64,000 bases of DNA from Bacteroidales bacterium (GTDB taxonomy: Bacteria; Bacteroidota; Bacteroidia; Bacteroidales; JAUNSR01). Below are positions 56,736 to 64,000 of this stretch, in pieces. Location of the stretch: positions 3,416-67,415 of the forward strand of contig JAVVPN010000003.1 in NCBI GenBank assembly GCA_036655755.1, given 5' to 3'. Made by a program: the position numbers and the translations under genes. How positions within the stretch are numbered: the stretch's first letter is position 1; each line of letters opens with the position of its first letter. The notes beneath the pieces were generated by a model. That model was not told where the DNA came from. It did no database searches and was given only the letters and a program-made list of their open reading frames with translations.

Positions 56736-57740
56736 ATGCCTGGAAAAAATCAGCTTTTTACAACATTCAGATATTTATATAAGAAGGTCAAAAACTTTTT
56801 GAGCAGAGCTCAGAGCAAAGAGTTATTGACCTTCTTGTTCTTTTTATGTCTGTCGTTTCTTTTCTGGATTCTTCAGTCGATGAACGAAGAAGCAGAAGCT
56901 ACCTATCGGATTCCGGTGCGCTACCGCAATGTGCCGGAAGATATTGTTTTTACCACTGTTCCGCCCAGTCAGCTTACGCTCCGGATAAAGGACAAGGGTA
57001 TAATTTTACTGAATTACTCGTTTGGGAAACCATTTCAGCCGGTGGATGTGGATGTAAAGCCTTATCTGGCTAATAATAAAGGTACTATTCGTATTAATGA
57101 AGAGCAGTTGGGGGCTTTGCTTAAAAAGCAACTGAATGTCAGTACGACTCTTCTCTCATTATATCCCGATACATTGCTTATTCATTATTCAAAACAGGGG
57201 GATAAACTGGTTCCTGTCCGTCTGGACGGGATGCTTACGGCCGGCGCCCAGTTTCAGGTGGGAAGCGATATTCAGCTTAAACCCGATTCGGTACGTGTTT
57301 TTGCGGCCCGTACTATTCTGGATACGTTACAGTCGGTGTCAACAACCGCTTTGCAATTATCGGAGTTATCCGATACGGTTGTCCGGAAATTATCGCTTCG
57401 TCCGATTAAGGGAGCTAAGATTGTGCCGTCGCAGGTACAGATTACGATTCCTGTAGAGGAGTACACAGAGAAGGTGATGAGTTTGCCGATTATGGTAGAG
57501 GGATTGCCCGACTCTTTGCAACTTCGTACATTCCCGTCGATGGTTCAATTGTCCTGTTTTGTGGTGTTGCGTGATTTTAAGGATGTTACTCCCGAATCGT
57601 TTCGTGTGGCAGTGGATTATCACAATGTCAGGGAAGGGGTGAGCCGATTGCCGGTAGAAGTGCTTGAGATTCCGCAGAATGTAACAAATGTACATTGTAA
57701 GCCGGATAGCGTGGAGTTTATTATAGAAGAAAAAGAATAG
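56736..57740 (+). CDS. YbbR-like domain-containing protein (CdaR family)
   Basis: An N-terminal TM anchor is followed by repeated YbbR-type beta-rich modules. The position between yajC and coaE is typical for Bacteroidota. Confidence 0.7.
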   Translation: MPGKNQLFTTFRYLYKKVKNFLSRAQSKELLTFLFFLCLSFLFWILQSMNEEAEATYRIPVRYRNVPEDIVFTTVPPSQLTLRIKDKGIILLNYSFGKPFQPVDVDVKPYLANNKGTIRINEEQLGALLKKQLNVSTTLLSLYPDTLLIHYSKQGDKLVPVRLDGMLTAGAQFQVGSDIQLKPDSVRVFAARTILDTLQSVSTTALQLSELSDTVVRKLSLRPIKGAKIVPSQVQITIPVEEYTEKVMSLPIMVEGLPDSLQLRTFPSMVQLSCFVVLRDFKDVTPESFRVAVDYHNVREGVSRLPVEVLEIPQNVTNVHCKPDSVEFIIEEKE

Positions 57741-57744
57741 AAAG

Positions 57745-58335
57745 ATGATTAAGGTAGGAATTACCGGTGGAATCGGAAGCGGAAAGTCGGTGGTATCCGA
57801 ACTATTGCGCAGTATGGGGTATCCGGTATTTGATACAGACCGTGAGGCAAAACAATTAATGGAGCGCTCTGTTATAATTCGCACCAAATTAACCGAAGCA
57901 TTCGGTGATCAGGTTTATTCGGAAAGTGGGCTTAATCGCCCTTATTTGGCATCGCTGATATTTCATGATCCTGCGGCCCGTTTACAGGTAAATGCGATTG
58001 TACATCCCGAAGTAAGGTCTTATTTTCAAAATTGGTGTGAAGGGCAACATTCGGATGTTGTCTTTTTTGAATCGGCGATTCTGTACGAATCCGATTTTCA
58101 TCATCTGGCAGATGCGATATGGGTGGTTAGCGCTCCCGAAAAAGTCCGTTTGATGCGGACGGTGCGGCGAGATGGAGTTACCCCCGAACAGGTATTGGCG
58201 CGGATGCGATCGCAGCTCGCCCAGGAAGAGAAAGAGGCACGAGCTGATTTTGTGATTCAGAATAATAATGAAGAAGCATTGATTCCGCAGGTACTTTCGG
58301 GTTTAGCGCGGATCAGAGAAGCATTAGTGCGTTAA
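57745..58335 (+). CDS. coaE: dephospho-CoA kinase
   Basis: The P-loop reads VGITGGIGSGKS. The length is 196 aa. Confidence 0.9.
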   Translation: MIKVGITGGIGSGKSVVSELLRSMGYPVFDTDREAKQLMERSVIIRTKLTEAFGDQVYSESGLNRPYLASLIFHDPAARLQVNAIVHPEVRSYFQNWCEGQHSDVVFFESAILYESDFHHLADAIWVVSAPEKVRLMRTVRRDGVTPEQVLARMRSQLAQEEKEARADFVIQNNNEEALIPQVLSGLARIREALVR

Positions 58336-58404
58336 AATAGATTCTCCGGAGGGTAGAGAGGATAAAAACACAGGTTACAGTTTGTTGATTTGATGTTGTA
58401 ATAT

Positions 58405-58412
58405 TAAATTTG
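58405..58412 (+). promoter_or_regulatory. candidate -7 box for the 58454 gene
   Basis: TAAATTTG lies 42 nt upstream of the ATG. Confidence 0.4.
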
Positions 58413-58453
58413 CGAACTATAACGGAAATACAGAATTTACTAATATAAATAAT

Positions 58454-58876
58454 ATGTTGAAGAATATTCTTTCCATTTCAGGGAAACCAGGTTTGTTTAA
58501 ATTGGTTTCACGCGGAAAAAACATGTTGATCGTTGAGTCATTGGCTACCGGAAAAAGACAGCCTGCTTATTCACATGACAAAGTCCTTTCATTAGCTGAT
58601 ATCGCAATGTTTACAACGGAGGGCGAAACTCCGCTAAATGAAGTTATGAATGCGGTAAAAGCGAAAGAAAACGGAGGTGTAACTTCTGTTTCGACAAAAT
58701 CTACAGCAGAAGAGCTTCGTACATGGTTTGCGGATATTTTGCCGGATTTCGATCGTGATCGCGTTTATCCGAGTGATATCAAAAAATTGATTACATGGTA
58801 TAATTTGCTGACTGAGACAGGTAATAATGACTTCGACGCAGAAGTAGAGGAGCCTGAAGCTGAATCAGCAGAGTAA
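58454..58876 (+). CDS. conserved hypothetical protein (DUF5606-like), acidic C-terminal tail
   Basis: The 140-aa ORF has ISGKPGLFKLVSRGKN at the N-terminus, which I recall as typical of a Bacteroidota-specific family found after coaE. The assignment is from memory only. Confidence 0.55.
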   Translation: MLKNILSISGKPGLFKLVSRGKNMLIVESLATGKRQPAYSHDKVLSLADIAMFTTEGETPLNEVMNAVKAKENGGVTSVSTKSTAEELRTWFADILPDFDRDRVYPSDIKKLITWYNLLTETGNNDFDAEVEEPEAESAE

Positions 58877-58881
58877 GATAT

Positions 58882-58920
58882 AAAAAAAGCCGTCGTACAA
58901 AAGTGTATGACGGCTTTTTG
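58882..58920. terminator. bidirectional intrinsic terminator
   Basis: The stem AGCCGTC/GACGGCT is flanked by A7 and T5. Confidence 0.7.
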
Positions 58921-58941
58921 ATTTTATCAAGGTAACAGGAA

Positions 58942-59232
58942 TTACCCTTTTGTTTGTGTCGTTTGTTTTGCTTCTTTTCGTTTGTGCATAAACTCTTTTA
59001 TCCATTGCCACCCTTTTGTAATATACTGGAAATACATTTTCCACTTATCCAAAGAGGCGAACATGCCCGCACCGAACCCCATGGCACCTATGAATCCACC
59101 CTCTAAATAGTGATGAACATGCTGTCGAAGGGTATCTTCGAGATAAGCCATTTCAATTGTAACCCGGGCTTTTTCGTATTGCAGCTCTTTTAGGGTGCTT
59201 ACTCTTTTAGGATTATAATTCACCTTCTTCAT
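58942..59232 (-). CDS. small hypothetical protein, third gene of the YtxH/holin-like triad
   Basis: The ORF starts at the ATG at 59232 (MKKVNYNPKR...) and overlaps the upstream gene by 20 nt. It has a Gly-rich hydrophobic segment (GGFIGAMGFGAGMF). Confidence 0.45.
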   Translation of the reverse strand: MKKVNYNPKRVSTLKELQYEKARVTIEMAYLEDTLRQHVHHYLEGGFIGAMGFGAGMFASLDKWKMYFQYITKGWQWIKEFMHKRKEAKQTTQTKG

Positions 59233-59584
59233 TGTTCTCTCTTCTTTTAAACAGGGTTTGATCAAGGATACGAATCATCGGATTGATGAGCAATGATACT
59301 TTGAATTTAATAAAAATAAATATCAGGATGATATACAGAACTGCTATTAACAGGAATCCCCACACAAAACTTCCCAACCAGGCTCCTAGCAGATAAGCAA
59401 TCGCAAAAGAAAGGCATAATAGTGCAAAACAGCTGAATAATAAACAGATTAATATGAGAAGCATGTTTCCTAAAAACAAACTTCCTTTTTCAAGTGTATC
59501 TAGCCGGTAGTAATCAAGCTTAAGATAGAAATATCTTTTTAGCTCGCTGAATAGCTGGCTGTTAGTATGATGAGATTCTGTCAT
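59213..59584 (-). CDS. two-TM membrane protein, 'phage holin family' (Holin-X-like) type
   Basis: The 123-aa ORF has two long hydrophobic helices after a charged N-terminus. The architecture matches proteins commonly annotated as phage holin family next to YtxH genes. Confidence 0.55.
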   Translation of the reverse strand: MTESHHTNSQLFSELKRYFYLKLDYYRLDTLEKGSLFLGNMLLILICLLFSCFALLCLSFAIAYLLGAWLGSFVWGFLLIAVLYIILIFIFIKFKVSLLINPMIRILDQTLFKRRENNEEGEL

Positions 59585-59595
59585 GTGTTCTGTCT

Positions 59596-59853
59596 TTACT
59601 CGTGTCTTGAAGCAGGGGTGTCTTTGTCAATTAATTCGTCAACCAGATTATCGAGCTGGCAGCATTCGAGCTTGATACCATGTGATTCTAAAAAATCTTT
59701 CAGTTTCATTTTAGCCAAGTGTCCCTGATCGTGGGCAAACTCATATACTTTATGACGTGTATTCGCTCCTTTGTCGGGCGCAAGCATTAATCCGATAACA
59801 GCTCCCGCAACGGCTCCGCCGGCAAAAGCAATCAATAAATCTAGATTCTTCAT
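59596..59853 (-). CDS. YtxH domain-containing protein
   Basis: The N-terminus GGAVAGAVIGLMLAPDKGANTR matches the YtxH signature (GxxxGxxxGxLxAPxxGxxTR). Confidence 0.75.
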   Translation of the reverse strand: MKNLDLLIAFAGGAVAGAVIGLMLAPDKGANTRHKVYEFAHDQGHLAKMKLKDFLESHGIKLECCQLDNLVDELIDKDTPASRHE

Positions 59854-60073
59854 AACTCAATATAATTTAGCTGTAATTATAGATGCAAACTTCCATGAAA
59901 TTGCGGAACTGCATTCAGTGTGAAATACGTTTTTAGTTGTTAAATCAAGGTATTTCAATAGATGAACAAACCGGAATCGCTTTTGTTTTCCTTTTAGACT
60001 TTTTATTGCGCCCGGATTGCTCAAATACCCTTTACATAAGGTGGTGTGGTGGTTGATTCTGAGTGATAAATAT

Positions 60074-60081
60074 TATCTTTG
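60074..60081 (+). promoter_or_regulatory. candidate -7 box for uvrA
   Basis: TATCTTTG lies 27 nt upstream of the ATG at 60108 and downstream of the track start at 60063. Confidence 0.5.
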
Positions 60082-60107
60082 TAAATTCTATTTTTGACTT
60101 GAATTTG

Positions 60108-62915
60108 ATGAACTCAGAGAATAATATCTTTATAAAAGGAGCCCGCGTAAACAATCTGAAGAATATCGATGTGGAGATTCCACGTGATAAGCTGGTTGTG
60201 ATTACCGGATTGTCGGGTTCCGGTAAATCGTCGCTCGCTTTCGATACGCTTTATGCCGAAGGACAGCGACGTTATGTTGAATCTTTATCTTCATACGCAC
60301 GGCAGTTTTTGGGGCGTATGAGTAAGCCTGAATGTGACTTTATTCATGGCATCCCTCCCGCTATTGCCATCGAACAGAAAGTAAATACCCGAAATCCGCG
60401 CTCTACTGTTGGTACTTCTACCGAAATTTACGATTATCTGCGCATGCTTTTTGCCCGTATCGGAAAGACCTATTCGCCTGTGTCGGGCGCTTTGGTAAAG
60501 AAGAATACGGCAGAGGATGTGGTGCAAAAAATGCTTTCCTATCCGGATGGTGTGCGATTTGCCTTATTGGTCGCTCTGAATATGCCGGAAGGGCGTTCGA
60601 CGCAGGCGCATTTGGATGTGTTGTTGAAATCGGGCTTTAATCGACTGGAGAAGAATGGCGCATTTTTACGTATCGAAGATTTGCTTTCGGATGAAAATCC
60701 GGATCTGACAGATATGTATCTCGTGATTGATCGTATGTCGGTAGCGCATGATGAAGATGCGATCAGCCGTTTGTCTGATTCGGCGGAAACTGCTTTTTAT
60801 GAGGGCGATAATAATTGCATCCTGAAATTTTATAAGAAAGAGGGTGCCGAAACATTTGAATTTTCCAAACGTTTTGAAGCGGACGGAATTTCATTTGCCG
60901 AACCTTCGGATATGATGTTCAGCTTCAATAGCCCGATGGGTGCGTGCCCTACCTGCGAGGGTTTTGGGAAGGTATTGGGGATTGATGAAGATCTGGTCAT
61001 TCCGAATAAGGCCTTGTCGGTATATGACGATTGTGTCGTATGCTGGAAGGGCGAAAAAATGAGTGAATGGAAAAATCAGCTGATACGCAATGCGCGGGCT
61101 TTTGATTTTCCGATTCACCGGCCTTATTATCAATTGACAGATGCCGAGCGGGAATTATTGTGGAGTGGAAACCGCTATTTTGAAGGTATCAATGATTTTT
61201 TCCGGATGCTAACGGAAAATCAATATAAGATTCAGTATCGTGTCATGCTTGCGCGTTACAGAGGCAAGACGAATTGCCCTACCTGTAAAGGAACGCGCTT
61301 GAAACCGGAGGCTCAGTATGTGAAAATAGCCGGTCATTCTATTTCGGACTTGGTTACAATGCCGGTCAGCGATTTGAAAGTGTTTTTTGATAACCTCCAG
61401 CTTGATGAAACAGATCAGGTAGTAGGTAAACGCCTGCTTACGGAGATTCGCAGCCGATTGAAATTTCTTTTGGATGTGGGGTTGGGGTATCTTACCTTAA
61501 ACCGTCTTTCGGCTTCGTTATCGGGGGGAGAGAGTCAGCGTATCAATCTGGCTACTTCATTAGGCAGTTCGTTGGTAGGCTCACTTTATATTCTGGATGA
61601 GCCAAGTATCGGTTTGCATTCGCGTGATACAGATTTGTTGATACAGGTATTGAAGCAATTGAAAGAGCTGGGTAACACGGTAGTGATTGTAGAACATGAT
61701 GAGGAGATTATCCGTGCTGCGGATTATATTATCGATATTGGTCCGGATGCAGGACGTCATGGAGGTGAAGTTGTTTATCAGGGCGATTTGAATAAATTGC
61801 AAAAGGCAACCCGCAGCCATACTGTACGCTATCTTACGGGAGAAGATCAGATAGAATTGCCTAAATCACCTCGTAAATGGAATAACTATATTGCGATAAA
61901 GGGTGCGGCGCAGAATAATCTGAAAGGAGTGGATGTGCAGTTTCCTTTACATGTAATGACGGTGGTAACCGGAGTTTCGGGATCGGGTAAATCAAGTTTG
62001 ATTCGCGATATTCTTTATAAGGGACTGGTTCGTTATTATGGAGAAGCGGGAGACGCTCCGGGTAATTTCCTGAAATTTGAAGGGGATATGAATCTGGCCA
62101 AAGGAATTGAATTTGTTGATCAGAATCCGATTGGAAAATCGTCTCGTTCGAACCCCGCTACTTATCTGAAAGCGTATGATGAGATTCGTAAACTGTTTGC
62201 CGAACAACAGGCGGCTAAACAGATGGGCTTTACACCTGCTTATTTTTCATTTAATGTAGAAGGCGGACGTTGTGAGGAATGTAAGGGGGATGGAACGATT
62301 ACTGTGGAAATGCAGTTTATGGCGGATTTGGTGCTTGAGTGTGAATCTTGTCATGGCAAACGCTTCCGTCAGGAAATTCTCGATATCGAATACCGCGGAA
62401 AGAACATCAATGATATCCTTGAAATGACAATTGACCAGGCTATCGAGTTTTTTAGTGAAACACCGCATTCGACCGAAAAGAAGATTGTGAAGCGCCTTCA
62501 GCCTTTACAAGATGTTGGATTAGGATATATACGCTTGGGGCAATCGTCATCGACTCTTTCGGGTGGTGAAAACCAACGTGTGAAGTTGGCTTATTTCTTG
62601 AGTAATGATACGCAGGGATCGACCATCTTCGTATTTGACGAACCGACAACCGGTTTGCATTTTCATGATATCAAAACATTGCTGAAGGCTTTTAATGCCT
62701 TGATTGATAAAGGACATACGGTGATAATTATCGAGCACAACATGGATGTGATAAAATGTGCCGATCATATTATCGATATGGGGCCTGAAGGTGGAGATAA
62801 AGGCGGGTTTGTGGTAGCTACCGGTACGCCGGCAGAGATCGCCGCTTGTGAAGCCTCTTATACAGGTCATTTCCTAAAAGAAAAACTTACCAGTAACGAC
62901 CCAGTTCGAAACTGA
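60108..62915 (+). CDS. uvrA: excinuclease ABC subunit UvrA
   Basis: There are two ABC ATPase modules ([38 protein letters not shown]) and zinc-finger cysteines. I prefer the start at 60108. Confidence 0.97.
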   Translation: MNSENNIFIKGARVNNLKNIDVEIPRDKLVVITGLSGSGKSSLAFDTLYAEGQRRYVESLSSYARQFLGRMSKPECDFIHGIPPAIAIEQKVNTRNPRSTVGTSTEIYDYLRMLFARIGKTYSPVSGALVKKNTAEDVVQKMLSYPDGVRFALLVALNMPEGRSTQAHLDVLLKSGFNRLEKNGAFLRIEDLLSDENPDLTDMYLVIDRMSVAHDEDAISRLSDSAETAFYEGDNNCILKFYKKEGAETFEFSKRFEADGISFAEPSDMMFSFNSPMGACPTCEGFGKVLGIDEDLVIPNKALSVYDDCVVCWKGEKMSEWKNQLIRNARAFDFPIHRPYYQLTDAERELLWSGNRYFEGINDFFRMLTENQYKIQYRVMLARYRGKTNCPTCKGTRLKPEAQYVKIAGHSISDLVTMPVSDLKVFFDNLQLDETDQVVGKRLLTEIRSRLKFLLDVGLGYLTLNRLSASLSGGESQRINLATSLGSSLVGSLYILDEPSIGLHSRDTDLLIQVLKQLKELGNTVVIVEHDEEIIRAADYIIDIGPDAGRHGGEVVYQGDLNKLQKATRSHTVRYLTGEDQIELPKSPRKWNNYIAIKGAAQNNLKGVDVQFPLHVMTVVTGVSGSGKSSLIRDILYKGLVRYYGEAGDAPGNFLKFEGDMNLAKGIEFVDQNPIGKSSRSNPATYLKAYDEIRKLFAEQQAAKQMGFTPAYFSFNVEGGRCEECKGDGTITVEMQFMADLVLECESCHGKRFRQEILDIEYRGKNINDILEMTIDQAIEFFSETPHSTEKKIVKRLQPLQDVGLGYIRLGQSSSTLSGGENQRVKLAYFLSNDTQGSTIFVFDEPTTGLHFHDIKTLLKAFNALIDKGHTVIIIEHNMDVIKCADHIIDMGPEGGDKGGFVVATGTPAEIAACEASYTGHFLKEKLTSNDPVRN

Positions 62916-64000
62916 CACGGAATCCCGTTTCATACATCTTTCCTCCATGGAAAGCGGTAAAAACAGCTACGTTGAAAATATAATTCCCCAGGCCATATCC
63001 TAATTCTGTATAGGAGGGTTTGTCGGGTGAAAACAACTGGCTGGCATAAAGCCGCTCGGATAGTATGAAACGGGATATCCTTTTAAATAAATGGAGCAGG
63101 ATAAAGGGTGATTCATACATGAGATGCAACTGTGCATATTGCGGCGACGCATAGTACCAACGGGTATCGAGCAGGTTGAAAACACCTCCGATATGATCTG
63201 TCCATGTGGCAGGATAATTGCTCCGCCGGAAATAGCGGTAATCTACGAAATACTCAGATTTCTGATTAAAGAAACTTCCGAATCCGGCACGGTAACTCAG
63301 GGAGCGAAGCTTTGAGAATTGAATATTCTGGTGAATATCGAATTCTATCTTATTGAACTTGCTGTTTGATCCCAGTATGCCGGCAATCCCACATGCATAT
63401 TCGAGTGAAAGGGTAGGAGTCGGAGAGGGTAAATGTATTTTACGATGGCCAATCATCCGGTAATATTGTCGGGGTGTCCATGATAAGCGCATATAGGGCA
63501 CGAAATCGGCATAATCATTTTTGATCAAAGGCTCCATATCGGAAGGGAGATCGGGCAATACTTCTTGGTCTATTCGCTGTTTTTTTACCGGTTTGTGCAG
63601 ATTGTATGTGATACCTCCATAAAGCATTACGCCGTTTGTCAGTTCATACGAATTTTCCAGCTGGACGCTATAATCGCGGTAGTATTTTACATTGAGATGA
63701 TCAAAGTTGTATTTGGTCGTGTCTAACGCCTTATTAACCTGGTCGATAAAAGAGGAGCTAAAGCCCTTGTTGCCATTGCGAAAGGATAATGATACTTTTC
63801 CGATTTTTGATGGTTGATATAACCAATCTGTATCGAACCTGTAAAAAAACTCTTTATGTTTAAAGCCAAAGCCCACTTCGGGGCGTATGGCAAAATACTG
63901 ATCGTGCTTCATGTTTTTACGGAGTAATAGTCGCTGACGAATTACGATTCCGTTTGTTTTAGAATAGCCTATCATAGAGGGGTTTAATACTCCGGAATAA
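62887..64000 (-). CDS. outer-membrane beta-barrel-like protein, C-terminal part (ORF remains open to the window edge)
   Basis: There is no in-frame stop between the annotated Met (63975) and position 64000. The sequence shows an alternating aromatic/polar beta-strand pattern and a C-terminal aromatic residue (...FELGRYW). It is possibly a DUF5686-type protein, but that is from memory only. Confidence 0.55.
   Translation of the reverse strand, partial: YSGVLNPSMIGYSKTNGIVIRQRLLLRKNMKHDQYFAIRPEVGFGFKHKEFFYRFDTDWLYQPSKIGKVSLSFRNGNKGFSSSFIDQVNKALDTTKYNFDHLNVKYYRDYSVQLENSYELTNGVMLYGGITYNLHKPVKKQRIDQEVLPDLPSDMEPLIKNDYADFVPYMRLSWTPRQYYRMIGHRKIHLPSPTPTLSLEYACGIAGILGSNSKFNKIEFDIHQNIQFSKLRSLSYRAGFGSFFNQKSEYFVDYRYFRRSNYPATWTDHIGGVFNLLDTRWYYASPQYAQLHLMYESPFILLHLFKRISRFILSERLYASQLFSPDKPSYTELGYGLGNYIFNVAVFTAFHGGKMYETGFRVSFELGRYW

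Noticed and set aside
59213-59584. The holin-like gene as evidence for a prophage or lysis cassette.
   Set aside because: No endolysin, terminase, capsid, tail or integrase genes lie nearby. The gene is embedded in a YtxH triad typical of chromosomal stress loci.

Overview
This 64-kb window reads as a core chromosomal segment of a Bacteroidota (Bacteroidales-like) genome. Support for that placement: many start codons are preceded by the TAnnTTTG -7 promoter box, one protein carries a T9SS C-terminal sorting domain, and the nusB-yajC-ybbR-coaE and NfeD-FloA arrangements are typical of the phylum. About 57 protein genes are supportable. Most are housekeeping: recQ, fmt, lepA, groES/groEL, uvrA, ppk1, glmM, nusB, coaE, ttcA, mazG, tsaC, nhaA, two ClC channels, two DEAD-box helicases and a two-component system. 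I recognised no rRNA, tRNA, CRISPR array, transposase, integrase or phage structural gene, and I see no obvious defence island. The leads I consider worth a second look are: (1) a stand-alone Cas6-like endoribonuclease gene (35584-36360) with no array or other cas genes in the window, next to a DUF349 repeat protein; (2) a perfect 27-bp inverted repeat in a 460-bp non-coding gap (8910-9003) that no flanking transcript explains; (3) a degenerate ~22-nt tandem repeat array enclosed by a 12-bp long-range complement (48523-48724); (4) a five-gene cluster of exported Gfo/Idh/MocA, DUF1080 and TIM-barrel proteins with an embedded, translationally coupled DoxX membrane protein (17980-23372); (5) a PurF-like protein lacking the usual N-terminal Cys; (6) an acidic orphan gene beside an extremely AT-rich spacer. 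All family assignments come from reading motifs by eye. No database search was run.
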